From contig OZ024750.1 of assembly GCA_964016885.1 (NCBI GenBank), positions 12,772,001 to 12,836,000 on the forward strand: a stretch of DNA of 64,000 nt, given 5' to 3'. Of this stretch, positions 26,235-40,730 are shown one piece after another (the stretch's first letter is position 1; every line of letters starts with the position of its first letter). The position numbers and the translations under genes are program-made. This stretch comes from Eledone cirrhosa (taxonomy: Eukaryota). The notes beneath the pieces were generated by a model. That model was not told the origin of the DNA. It worked only from the letters and a program-made list of their open reading frames with translations, and ran no database searches.

Positions 26235-27624
26235 TATATATATGTATGTATATATTTATATATGTATATATTTATATATATATTTGTGTGTGTGTATATG
26301 TGGTTGTGAGTGTGTACATTTATTGTTTGCTTATGCTCTATAACTTAGTGATTTGACTAATATAACTGATCAAATTAATCTCAGACTTACACAAAAAATA
26401 TGCCCCAATGTCATAAGATTTAACTAAACTCTTGAAGGCAGTGCTCCAGCATGACCGCAGTCCAATAACTGAAACTAGTAAAAGAATAATAGAATATAAC
26501 CGAAGGATCAAACAGAATGCTTTAGTTTTCATAGAGCCTACATCAGTGAAGTGTAACCAAGAACAGAAGAAACCTACAAACCATGCAATTGATAGCCTGG
26601 AAGATGAAGATATGCCTTATGACACAAACAGTATATTCAGTAGACTGCGAAACAATACATAAGTGAGATGCAGACCCCCACCGGCCTGTCTTGGAAGTCA
26701 GTACTGACTTGGACTATGTCGACCTAACCAACACTTGCTAGTAGCGAAAGTAGATGTTAAATGATGATGATGATGACTTATAGTAGCCAGAGAAAAAAAT
26801 TGTAAAAAGATGGAAAAGGAAAGTGCATTTTTGTTATTAATTATTTAATTATTTAAATCAAAGAATAAAGCTTAATTAGTTAGAAGAGGCAAGATAATAT
26901 TTTACTGTGTAGGCCCTCTTAGATGATTCAATACCGAAGAGTCTCTTGATAAGGATTGAAAAAGAATCAGCAAAGACATCAAAGAGAACAATATGTAAAA
27001 ATGAAACAGTATTTTCCAGAAAAAATATACTGGAACTAAATTTCATTATGAATTAATAATTACATTTTTTTAAAATATTCAGAAAGCTCCTGTTTTATAA
27101 AGTATTCTTTTAACTCTTATTAATCTACCTAATTTGAAATATTTCACAAAACTTCAGTGATTATCTTAATTTCTACTGATGTAGTTGATATGAGTGTACA
27201 TGAACAAATTTCCTTCTGTTTTTACAAATAATATTCTTTGTTTTTTAAAGAAAACTAAATATCATACACAAGCTTTTATCACTCACAAAATGCTGCATAC
27301 ATGACTTACAATAATTAGAACACAAAACAGTGTTTTTAAAGCACAAAAAAAAAACAAAAAAAAAAAACAAAAAAAAACAAACAAACAAAAAAAAACAAAA
27401 AAAACAAAAAACACTGCATGATGAGGATATTGCTGAAACATTACAATTAGGAAACATTTAAATTATTTACAATTGAAATAAAATTTGCTTCAATCAAAAT
27501 AAAATATATTTCAAAGAGTAGATAATGTACTCATTTGTTTCATGCAAAGCTAATTAGAGTGGTTATAGAAACACAAAATTTATTTAGTTTATTTATCCAT
27601 TTATTTATTTATTATTATATTTGC

Positions 27625-27803
27625 ATTGGCAGTATCTGTAGAGGGTCGGCTGCCATGCTTTGACGCATAGAGTCACGGCCCTTGCCATTCTGAGTTCAAA
27701 TCCCGCCAAGGTTAACTTTTCATCCTTATGGGGGTCGATAAAATAAAGTACCAGTAATACACTGGATAATTACTGGCCTTGTGCCAAAAGTAGAAACAAT
27801 TAT
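27625..27803 (+). mobile_element. SINE family B
   Basis: Match to the family B consensus with (TTA)n tail. Confidence 0.8.
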
Positions 27804-27949
27804 TATTATTATTTTCTTAAGGGAATGTAATATCAAACTCTTGAAAGTTGAAGCAAAACTACTAAAATAGAAATGATTGATAAAAGTGACAAAAATATAA
27901 CTTCAAGATGAAGAATAACTTCCTGCTATGATTTGCTGTTTCCATCCAG

Positions 27950-28005
<56 letters not shown>

Positions 28006-28312
28006 TACGATATATATGTATATATTTAAATGTATTAGTCTAGATTTTTCTGATATTAATATGATTGATGATAGAATACATTACATGAAATTTGAATTAA
28101 ATTATCTCTGTTTGATGTTCTAAATACCATAAGCTCACGGAAACAGACTAAGATAAGCTATTTCACTTATAACTAGAAAAAAATAATAATAATAATCCTT
28201 TGATTCTTAAGGAATTCTTTTTTTCTTTGTTGTTTGCTTTATTTCTTAAAACTGACAATTACTGAAATATAATATTTAAAAAAAAAAATGTAAAGCTACA
28301 TTGACACTAAAA

Positions 28313-28613
28313 CTCCTCCTCCTCCGCCTACTACTACTACTCCCACCACCACCACCACCACCACTACTACTCCCACCCCCACCCCTACTACCACTACCAC
28401 TACTACTACTCCCACCACCACCACCCCTACTACTACTACTACTACTACTACTACTCCCACCACCACCACCCCTACTACTACTACTCCCACCCCCACCCCT
28501 ACTACCACTACCACTACTCCCACCACCACAACCCCTACTACTACTACTACTACCACCACCACCACCACCCCTACTACCACTACTACTACTACTACTATTA
28601 CAACAACAACAAA
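28313..28613. repeat. (CTA/CCA)n trinucleotide low-complexity repeat
   Basis: Directly visible, and the source of the spurious poly-V/poly-LP ORFs. Confidence 0.9.
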
Positions 28614-29194
28614 AAAGAAATTTGGTACAGAATTAGCTTGGAAGTAAATTTACTTAAAGGAGGTTCAATATATTTGGAAGTCTAGGAATAGTATATTTCA
28701 CCAAGAGTACAATAATAAATAAAACTGTGAAGCCGAAAGTAAATCTTCATTACGTGATCCACGCGAGATGTTTCATATTTACTAAATCCGAGATAAATTT
28801 ATTTGAATTAATGCAACTGATAAAATATTTCACTACTTTATTTGGAGTCTAATTCCATCTTGTGCGGTCTAGAAAATTAAAATGTTGGTTCAAAAACTGA
28901 CTTCAGAAATTTTGATATTTATGTAAAGTTAACTGCTTGGAAGAACATACATATTGACTTTAGGAATTTTGGTTCTGATATAAAGTTCACTAATCTGAAA
29001 AAAGAACTACAATACTGATAAAATAATAAATTGAAAGACTTACATGGACAAAGAAAATATTTACTATAGGAATACATACAGGCCCTTTGGGACTTCTAAT
29101 TAAAATATAAGCTAAAAGTGAATATATAGCCTACTACACATTTCACCAATAATTCCAACTAAGTTAGTTTGTATTGTTTCTTAAAATCTTAAAA

Positions 29195-29408
29195 GGTGGT
29201 GGATTGGCAGTATTGGTAGAGGGTCGGACTCCATGCTTTGCAGCATAGAGTTACAGCCCTTTATGATCTGAGTTCAAATCCCATTGAGGTTAACTTTGCC
29301 TTTCATCCATACGGGGTCAATAAAATAAAATACCAGTCACGCATTGGGGTTGATTTAATCGACTTTCCTCACCCCCAAAATTGCTGGCATTGTGCCTATG
29401 TAAGAAAC
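29195..29408 (+). mobile_element. SINE family B
   Basis: Match to the family B consensus. Confidence 0.8.
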
Positions 29409-29573
29409 CCTTGTTTTTTAAAATCTGCTTTGTTGTTAATATGACACATCAGGTTCAGTATTTTGAGATCAGCTCTAATAACCTCTACCCAGGTTTTCCT
29501 CTACTATAGCTTCCTTCCACTAGCATCTCATCACTCTTCTTCACCCAGAGGATATAACTTTGATAACTTTAAT

Positions 29574-29934
29574 TTTTTCTACTTTTGGCACAAGGCCAGC
29601 GATTACCCCAGTGCATTACTGGTGCTTTATTTTATCGACCCCATATGGATGAAAGGCAAAGTTAACGTCGGCGGGATTTGAACTCAGATGGTAAAGGGAC
29701 GTAACTATACTGGAAAGCATGGCGTCCGACCAAATTCTACATAAATAAGGTGCTACAATATCTAGAGTGGTTATTAAAATGGAACAGTTTTTTTACATTT
29801 ACTACATGCACGTGCCTGCAGACACCGACATTTCTAACCTCGGCGGGATTTGAACTCAGAACATAAAGGGCCATAACTCTATGCTGCAAAGCATGGTGTC
29901 TGATGCTCTACCAATACTGTCAATCCACCGCCCT
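29574..29934 (-). mobile_element. Composite SINE family B insertion flanked by 24-bp direct repeat
   Basis: GGATATAACTTTGATAACYTTAAT at 29550-29573 and 29935-29958. Two overlapping SINE pieces are separated by ~105 bp of unrelated DNA. Confidence 0.7.
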
Positions 29935-31989
29935 GGATATAACTTTGATAACCTTAATAGGGTTTGGTCAGTATTGGACCATGCCATGTCTAACTTTAGA
30001 ATATATTCTACTCTTCACAAGAGAAATAGGAAACACCTAACAGTTCTAAATAGAGATTATCTAATGTAGTATTTAGAAATTACATGTAATATTGAATCAT
30101 TTATGTTTATGTGAAATGCAAAGCTATTATCATTCGAATATGTCTGAAAATATTAAAGTGATGAAAATAAAAACATATACAATGAATTTCAGCAAAGTAT
30201 TTGTGTAATAGCGCTTGTCAAGATGCTTTAGATAAATGAACATCAATGTTCTGACATTAAGCCTCAAGATTTTTATGTAGAAGTAATTGGAGAGAAACTG
30301 CTCAAGTAGAAATAACAATATAAAATATCATTTGATGGCAGCTGCTGTTGGATATCTGTGAGATAAAGATTATTGGTCAATCCTGGATTGTGTGCACACA
30401 CACACACACACACAAATACACCTAGACATGCACACATACATACATACATACATACATACACATACACACATATATATATATGCAGCTTATCATTGACAAG
30501 AATGTGATTCAGTTGTAAACACTGTACAACAGCATCAGGTATTAAATTCATCGATATTTCTATTCATGAGGTAAACCATTTTGAATCCTCACAAAATCTC
30601 TGAATTTCTCATGTTCAAAACAAAAAATTTCTAAATAACCTTTATAAAAACAAAAAATGTATTGTAAAAAAATGTTACAGGGAAGGTGACAAGATCCAAA
30701 ATCTTGCCAAACTATTATTTTTACTGTCATATAGCTACAAATTCCACTCTATAATTCATTTACTAATCCTACTTACTGTATTATACAAGTTTATGCAATA
30801 TGATTTTACCAATATCATGTGATATAGTTTTAATTCCACTAAATGATGTAGTAAGCAGCTTTTTGCAGAACATCCAGTCATAAAAAAATTATATATATCT
30901 TTGAAAATATTGCTGTTTACAGACTTATTCAATATTCAACCCAGGATAAATGGAAAAAAATATAATTTACAAACAAAAAAAAAAAAATAAATAAATAAAT
31001 AAATAATCCCTTCCCCTAAAAAAACATATATTAAATATGTTTTTTAATCTAGAAAATCTCTTTCATGCTATACTTGATCTATAGTTTAGATATTAGAATT
31101 TAGATATCAAACATTTATAAAACAAAAAACAAGAAAATATTTGATACATAACCAGCTGAATTTATATTTATATATGAAAGCTAATTAAAACATAAACACA
31201 CAGTGTATTATTTCAAGATGATATGATAAGATAGTTAATTTATCCATTAGACCAGTCTAGTAGAGTTTACTAGTTCAGATATCATTTGATACATGTATTT
31301 CTTACTATTAAACTGTGTGTGGTCTAAAATGTTCACTTGCTTAGTTGATATGATTGGAACGTTGACTGAAAGAATATATTGTGCAAGACGTTAAAATTAT
31401 AATCTGCTAAAATATGACCAAGTGCTTTTGGTACACCTTTATTTTCTCAAGTTTGCTATAAAAGTGCCTCCTAATACTGGTATGTATTTTAATTCAATAT
31501 AGTCAAATCTTGGTACTATCCACATAAATTTATAATCATACCAAAAGCTCCATTGCCAGGATACTTTTCATAGGTTATTTATAAAGTGTGTCACAAAATT
31601 ATTAATTAAATAAAGTATATAAAATAAAATAAAATAAAAGGAAGGAAAATAATTAACACAAGATTAATTATTTAAAGAATGACACTGTGGTTAGCTGCAG
31701 ACTTATTAATCAATAGCGGCTATAAACAGTGAATATATAACAATTATGAAGATGGAGAAGATGATGAAGATGATGGAGATGATGATAATGATGATGATTA
31801 TCAGTTAAATTAGAGTTTCTTTGTGTTGGAATGTTTAGAACAATTAACATTAATATATTTCTAATTATCTCCAGTTTTCAGCATTGCTCAAGTTGACTAT
31901 CCTATGATCTAATCAAATTATCTTATCTGGAATTTTCCTTACTGCATCTTGCCTTTGATATCTCATAGAATTAAAAATAAAGTCTAGAA

Positions 31990-32450
31990 AATTCCCCTCC
32001 AAGGCACAAGTCTGGGCAAGATTGTTTGTGGAAGACCAGCAGTCACCCATGTATACCAGTCTACCCTCTTCATGCCACTGATTGTCCAATGGAAAGGCAA
32101 TGGCTGATACAGTTTGGCACAATTGACATCGTGACTCATTTCTACAGTGAACTGAAACGGCGTGAAATAAAGTGTCTTGCTCAAGAACACAATGCAAAAT
32201 CCAGTCCGAGAATTGAACTCACAACCTTCCGATTGCAAGCCCAATGCTCTAACCACTAAGCCATGCACCTTCTTTGTGTGTATGTACATGCTTATATGAT
32301 TATGTCTCTGTGCTGTGTGAACTGAAGCAATGTGAAATAAAGTGTCTTGCTCAAGAACACAATGCAAAATCATCCAGTCTGAGAATCGAACTCACAACCT
32401 CACGATTGTAATTGTAAGCCCAATGTCTAAGCACTAAGCCATGTACCTTC
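31990..32450 (-). mobile_element. tRNA/CORE-like SINE family C (head shared with family A, different body) plus second head
   Basis: Two tRNA+CORE-like heads (ending ~32272 and ~32450) and a distinct 3' body. Another head lies at ~53225-53330. Confidence 0.7.
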
Positions 32451-34028
32451 TCATGGAATACAGTTGATATATATATATATATACAAGAGTATAATCAACT
32501 ATTTTATATATGAAGTTGTTGTTTGTTTCAGCCATTTTCATTTGATTTATTTGTACTTTTAACAGTTACATTCATTTTTTTTTTATTTCCTATTATTATG
32601 TCATAAATTTCATGTAAAAAAGAAATATTTCTACTGCTTTGATCCACCTCTGTTGATGAGCATACTACACACATACACACCGACACATACACACAAACAT
32701 ACATACACATACATACATACACACACATATACACATACATACACACAAATACACACATATACACATATACACACATACACACAAATACACATACATACAG
32801 ATACATACACATACATACACACACACACATACATACACATAAATACACATACATAGATACATACACAGACACATATACACATACATACACACATACACAG
32901 GAGCACACACATACACAGGAGCACACACATACACACACTCTTGCCACTGATATTAACATGATACTGAATACCAAAAAAAAAAAATGGCCTATAGTTAAAT
33001 CTTCTAACCAATTAATTTTTTAAAGACTGTCTAAAGCTGTGCCATCATTAAAAATGATAACTATTTGATGACTAATATTTCTTGAAGAAGATATGATGGT
33101 TAGGAAATTTATGCAGCTGGCTCCCAGAATGTGTAAGTTTCCTCTGTTGTATATAAACGTAAGTCGTTATGTAAAATGCTCATTATATCCTATACTTTCA
33201 TTTAACTAATCACTTTCTACATCTGTTTAAAACATAAATCTCTACTCTGTGTTGGAGGCTACAGTTTAAAAACAAATAATAATAACTCTAACAGTGTTTG
33301 TGACAACAGAACAACTTAAACTAGTCAAAAAGAAAACAAAATGGTTTTCAGTCTTATCTATTTGCTGTCAGGCATTAACAAAGATTGATGGGTGGTAACA
33401 TTAAATAAGAAATCATGATATTATAGATGATGTTTGATGCCTATGAGAAAACCAAGAATATAAAACAAATTATGTGAAATTACATACAAATATATGTTTC
33501 CAAAATAACAACAATAATCAAAAGATATAGAATATACATTACTCAAAGACCATATCACTTTTATCAATAGGAAACGAGTATGATTATGAAAATATGTAAC
33601 TTAGAATCTGTTAGAAAATATATGAATAGGTTTGAGAAGTTAGTGAATAGAGAAACGTGTATGGTAAGCTGAGAGTATTAAAAACAAACTGACATAATAG
33701 TAGAATGTAAATCATATTGTTGTAAACCAGTTATCAATAAGCAGAAATATACATGCTGTGTATGATGAACTCGAAGTAGATTTTTTCCATTTTGCAAGTC
33801 AATGATGAAAGAATAAGTATATTGTTTTGTCTCTCACTTCCTGTACCAAGTTGTATTTTCCTATGACATTGCTGCTATAATAATAATAATAATGAAAATT
33901 ATTTTGTATGGTGTTCAGGTGCATTACAATTCATCAAAGATGCCTGTATAGTACATAGAATAATATACAAATGTCAGGAAAGTGAGCAATGTATGAGTCT
34001 TGATATACACACAGTCACACACACACAC

Positions 34029-34059
<31 letters not shown>

Positions 34060-34065
<6 letters not shown>

Positions 34066-34182
34066 TATGGAGGAGGAATATCAGGTGTAGTTTTGGTGAA
34101 TTTCGGGAAGCATGGCAGTTTTGAAGGATGCAGTGTCGCAACAGTTAACAACAGATGCAGGTAGTTTGTTCCATACTTCAAG
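34060..34182 (-). mobile_element. CR1/L2-clade LINE extreme 3' end
   Basis: EVWNKLPASVVNCCDTASFKTAML (WNxLP...FK signature), followed by a short UTR and a (CA)n tail. Confidence 0.7.
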
Positions 34183-34906
34183 AAATCTGCTAATTTCTGT
34201 TAGTAAATTATACAAAGAAATTAAATAACTTAAACAAATTCCATATTGTGAATTATGATATTATTTAAATATGCTATATAATAAAGTATCGTGCATTTTT
34301 TTTCCTTTTACCAGAATATAATGGTTAAGAAATGTATGTATTTGTGAGTAAATAATAATAATATAATAATATTATTAATATTTGGTTCATTTATGTAGCT
34401 ATACAACATTTTCAAAGATGTCTAGATTTGTCTTTAATAATGTTTAATGACAACAAATATAATTATTTATATGAATATTACAAATTAAGTATCTATCACA
34501 ATTATTTATGTATTACTAGCTTTATTAAATATGTAAATATTTATCAGGTGTACACACACACACATATATATTGATACACATACACACATATATATGTATA
34601 GCCATACACGTATACATATACTCACACACACACACACATATATATATATATTGATACACATACACACATATATATTTATAGACATACACGTATACATATA
34701 CTCACACACACACATATATATTGATACACACACACATATATTTATACACATACACATATACACATGCAGGAAATAGTGAGTATTTGAAATAGCCCAGGTG
34801 TAAAACTTGCAACTTTAATATTTTTCAGTTCAATTTAGCTTATATATATATATATATATATGAATTAATACATCTCTATGTATTAATTCATATATATATA
34901 TGTGTA

Positions 34907-35610
<704 letters not shown>

Positions 35611-35718
35611 ATATTGGTGTGCAATGTTCAGTTATGCTAATATTTTAGTCCAGCTACTGATGTGGGATTATATGTTTGGTATTTCACCATAATATGTAAC
35701 CTTAAGAAGCGGAGTGTT

Positions 35719-35749
<31 letters not shown>

Positions 35750-35893
35750 CGGAGCAGGAACATGTATCAATGTAACATCAATATATTTATTCACACTTGA
35801 TGCATATTTCACAATCGATCAGCTCAAGGTACGATCAGTAGTGATTGTGCCCAATTCTGGAATCGATAGGTCATTATTATTATTATTATTATA

Positions 35894-36085
35894 GGGCGAT
35901 GGATTGGCAGTATCAGTAGAGGGTCTGACGCCTGCTTTGCAGCAAAGAGTTACGGCCCTTTATGATCTGAGTTCAAATCCTGCCGAGGTTAACTTTGCCT
36001 TTCATCCTTACGAGGTCGATAAAATAAAGTACCAGTAATGTACTGGAATAATTGCTGGCCTTGTGCTAAAAGTAGAAATAATAAT
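35894..36085 (+). mobile_element. SINE family B, full length
   Basis: Match to consensus with (TTA)n flanks. Confidence 0.82.
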
Positions 36086-36378
36086 TATTATTATTATTTG
36101 AAACTTCCTTTGAGTTCTGTTTCTTTTCTAAACCATGCTGAGTGTCAACCTGGCACCTGAGGAGGCAAAATTGCATAATACACATTTTACAATCACAAAT
36201 GATGCCACAAAGGCACAAACAACAGTTTTTAAATTGATAATGCCCTTCTCAGGACATGAGCAGTACCAGTGAGCACTATTTTCTGTATCTCTTGCAGAGA
36301 TGGCTTTCCAGGTATCCAGTCCAAATATATTTCAATTACTATTATTATAACTACTATTATATCTATCTACCTATATAT

Positions 36379-36721
36379 ATCGAAAGGTTGTGAGTTCAAT
36401 TCTCAGACCAGGTGATGTGTTGTTTCCTTGAGCAAGACACTTTATTTCACATTGCTCCAGTTTACTCAGCTGTAGAAATGAGATGATTGGCTTGGGGTGC
36501 CTATCATTCAACTGCAAAGCGGTCGTGGAGGTGCCACGGTAAAAAAGCACCCAGCCCACACTGTCAAGTGGACGTGTAGGCGCCACAGAAAAAAAAGCAC
36601 CCAGCACTCACTGTAAATGAGGTTGGTGTTAGGAAGGACATCCAGCTGTAGAAATCAAGCCAGAATCAGTTCCTGTCCCACCCTTGCAAGCAGGGAAAAG
36701 CAGACGTAAAATGATGATGAT
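36379..36721 (+). mobile_element. SINE family A, 5'-truncated with internal tandem duplication
   Basis: Two copies of the cactg..aagtgg..gt...aaaaaagcacccagc unit. Confidence 0.82.
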
Positions 36722-36775
36722 ATATATCTGTATGTAGTTGATGAGCGAGAGAAAGAGTATCCAATACTGAAGTAG

Positions 36776-36811
<36 letters not shown>

Positions 36812-37880
36812 ATATATATATAATTGAAGCTTCTGCTAAAATCAAATCGTGTTTCTGAAACATACCAATTTTGATTGAAGCAAATGGAAAATATCAAAAA
36901 GTTTATAAAATATTAAATGAATAATCACATTAATAAAAATAATAATTCACTGAAAACTACAGTTGGTTTAATAGAAAATCAGAAGAATTTTAAATATGGG
37001 AATTTAGTAATTTTGAAATTAATTATAATTGGTTTTAGTTATGTCAAATGTTTACCAAAAATTAAATTTATATCGAAAGAGAAAGTAGTTTTAGTGAATC
37101 AAAACTAAAAATAAAATAAATGTTGAAACACAACAAAACTTCATGCAGACGACTTAGAAGGCAAACTGAAGGCGCAACGTTTTTTCCAAGCAATTATGAT
37201 ACTGCAAATAAGATAACAAAAACAGAAACAAAAAAAAAAAAAAATAAAAAACAAGCATTAAAAATTGTTTGCTTTCATCTTTCATTAATTGTGTATTCTA
37301 AATATTTTTTATCTTCATCAATAAGTTATCCTGAAGAAATTAATTCACCATTTCTCATTATTTGTTGATAACAAGTTTTGGAATTTTATCATTTCTTTGA
37401 AAATGTTTACTTCTTGCAGTATTTCATTAGATAGGGTGGTGGATTGGTAGTATTGGTGGAGCGTTGGACAACATGCTTTATGGCATAGAATTATGTCCCT
37501 TTACGATCTGAGTTCAAATCCTGTTACTGTCTGAGTTTACGATTCATTATATTACAACTTTGTTTCTCTTTAAATAAAAACTCCCATCATTTTGAGTTTT
37601 TCTAATCTATCAATATTATCACCAGCCCACTATATTATCCTATCATTTATTTTTTATAGCCACTCAAAAAGCTAATTAGATCATCTGGCAGTACACTGTC
37701 TCTCATATGCCTCTGAGCGTTTAATAGAATATATTTTATTTGTTCACTTCTTACTGGTAACTATTCTTGTACATCTATCACATCTGAAGTTATAGCTCTT
37801 TGTCAGCCTGACAGAAGTCTTAAAACATCTTTTGAATATTGATTGCTTGTATTGAGTAAACAGTATTATGTATATATATT

Positions 37881-38022
37881 AAAGTTAACCTCGGTGGATT
37901 TGTGTTCTGAGTTCAAATTGGCCGAGGTTAACTTTGCCTTTCATCCTTACGGGGTCGATAAAATAAAGTACCAGTGATGCACTGGGGTAATCGCTGGCCT
38001 TATGCCAAAAGTAGAAACAATT
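37881..38022 (+). mobile_element. SINE family B, 5'-truncated with short 5' inversion
   Basis: aaagttaacctcgg...ccgaggttaacttt hairpin at the 5' end. Confidence 0.75.
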
Positions 38023-40528
38023 ATCTATATATATTACTTAACAGATTTCAAAAAGACAATGACTCTAGAAAATATAACCTTAAAATAATTAATACTGTTT
38101 GAGTGTATGAAGCAGATATCTACACTGTTGATCTTTTGTCAAATGAAAGAACTGTAGATAAAATTCTATTATGTCTTCAAGAAATTCTAAATTGTGCTTA
38201 TTTAGAATATAACAATGTATAAAATTGATACACATGTATGAGTTATTCATGTTAAGTTAAATCTTAATTAAGAAGGAGCCTAATTGCCTTTGCATTTTTC
38301 AAGAGTCTAAAACTAATTTACTGAAGGTGTGAAATATAAATTTGGTAAAGAGTAATAAATTGATAAATATGATATTAATTTGCTAGAAACAATAAAATAT
38401 CAATCAGGAATAAAATATAAATAAGGAAAAACTGAATTTTAGAATTATTTTCATTTTAATAATAAAACAAAAAGTTAGCTTTTAAAGAATATAAAAATTT
38501 TACGTATACACACATATGAATGAACATTTCTAATTAAAATGTATACAATAGCCTTCAATGGTCTAAATTTATGGGAAGTATATAAAATGGAATTGTTATA
38601 ATTTATATAGTATTGACAACTTTTCAAAATATAGATAATTCACAAAGTTATCTTGTAAAAACAAATTTTTCTATGAAAACCTCATTCTTAGTAAAAATAT
38701 TTCAAATATTATTATTTTATTTTTAGATAAAATATATTTAGAAAATATTCTATTTATTTTACAAAAATATAAGTCATATAAATTTAGGATGAAAATCAAA
38801 ACTTTTTTAAAAGATTGGCCAAGAAAATTTAATCTTTCAATATTCTCTTACAATTAGAATGTAAGATGAAAGCTAACAGTTATAATAATAAATAGCAACA
38901 AAGAAAATTAGCTGAAAAATATAACAAGCATTTAATAATAAACAAAAAAACTGAAATATTTAAATTTAGGACTTTTAAGGCAAATAAATATACACAAATA
39001 AATAAATAAAATAGACAAACAATTTAATTTAAAAAAAGCATTGTTTTTCTTTCAAGAAACAAATATAAAAATAATAGAGTAAATTATGTTGGTTACTTAC
39101 CAGAAGCATACTAGATCACAGCTACTTCTTATGCAGTGGCAGCAGCAGCAACAGTAGTTGTAGCAGCAGTAGTAGTAGTAGTGGTAGTAATGGTGGTTGT
39201 TGTAGTAATGGTAGTAAAATTAGCAAGCATAATTTAGGCCACCACACAGCAGATGGTGACCTGGCAATGCAAACAGCCCATTCATATCGGTAAAACCATC
39301 CAGAAGCAAGTGAATAAGAGTTGCAACCAAAGACCTGCACTCAAGACATCTTTCTTATAATAAGAGGCCACATATAAGCACTTAGAAACGAATGTCAGTT
39401 AAGTTGGAACAATGTAAATTGATACTGCTGAAATTATAGCAACATTGTGTCCAGAGAGATAACAAAGAGAATAAGAAAGAACTTGTTTAGAAAGTGTGAT
39501 ATAACTGTTGTAGGAAGCATTGAATCAATTAAGAGAATATAAAGAAATGAAGCAGGTGCACTATATGTGCAAATAGAACATAGAGTCAAGGGCTATGTGT
39601 ACATGTATGTATATATATATATAAGAACAAAATATTTCCAAAATGCTTAACTGTGCGGAAAAGTGCAGAAAAATACCAGTGCCTTTAAACTTATTGACTG
39701 TGATAGGTTTAAGTGATAATTGCATATTTAGTAAAAGAACATACGAAACAAAGAAGTAGAATTTAAAAAAAAAGAATCAACAGAACTGCCTTTAAATGTT
39801 ATCCCAAGTAAAATTTACATTCTGATAAATTTAGAGGAAAAAATGTGAGAAACAAACTTTTCCCACACACTATATATATATATTTTTATTTCACTAGTAT
39901 TAAAATAAAAGAAGGATGTTTCCATGTATTATAAATGTTGATTGATAATTGCTTTTAAATGTATCATTTATATAAAATTGTTTTATAAAATTTAAATAGA
40001 ATGCTGTTATATATAGAATTATTATAAAGAAGATATATTAACACCAGTAAGTATCAAGTGTTTAATTTGCAATAAACCTGATTAAATTTATGTGAGTGTA
40101 AGATAGTGCTGTGAAAATATTGGAATACTTAATGAATTTTGTGGAAATGATCAACTTTCCAATTACACCAGGACAATAGTCATGATGATGAAAGCATTTG
40201 ATAATAATTACTTAATTTAAGCCTTCAGTTAAATGCTGTGTCATTATTGAATATAGACAAGCTTAGTATTGTGAAAAAGTGTTGATTGTGTTCTAGTGAA
40301 GGGAACAAACCATAGAGAACTCACAAATCACTTGTAGAGGTCACTTGAAACATTCAGAAAATCTTGAATAAATATAAAATATAAAGGAAAATATGAATAT
40401 TTATATTTGAAAGTGGCCTTAGAAGTTGATATAGAAAGAAAACCAGGCTACTGAAGAGGAGGGACTTTGGAATCCTTATTTGTTTTAATTTTTCAATGCA
40501 TTGAGATTAAATATGACATATATATATT

Positions 40529-40730
40529 TCAAGTTTAATATAGAAATAGCTTCTACAGGACTAGAGCTGTTTCATTTGAAAGAAACCATTAGGAAAGCCT
40601 GAAAATTTCTTTCAAATGAAACAGTTCTAGTCAGGTAGAATCCATTGCTATATTAAACTTGATGTTTACATTTTACTAGTGTATTGAGTACCTTGCTTAC
40701 TGTGATTACTCCCAATTTAACCCATGACTC
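40529..40730 (+). mobile_element. Fold-back element family P2 (diverged)
   Basis: Arms 40529-40585 / 40606-40662. CTGAAAA..GAAACAGTTCTAGTC, a TATTGAGTAC tail and TA/CA flanks. Confidence 0.65.

Noticed and set aside
28296-28636. Poly-V/G and poly-L/P ORFs
   Set aside because: Translations of the (CTA/CCA)n repeat.
39101-39220. Strong donor TG|GTAAGT at 39101 phase-compatible with exon 13540
   Set aside because: The upstream frame is a triplet repeat with a stop and no ATG or clear acceptor, so this is probably chance. A non-coding first exon cannot be excluded.
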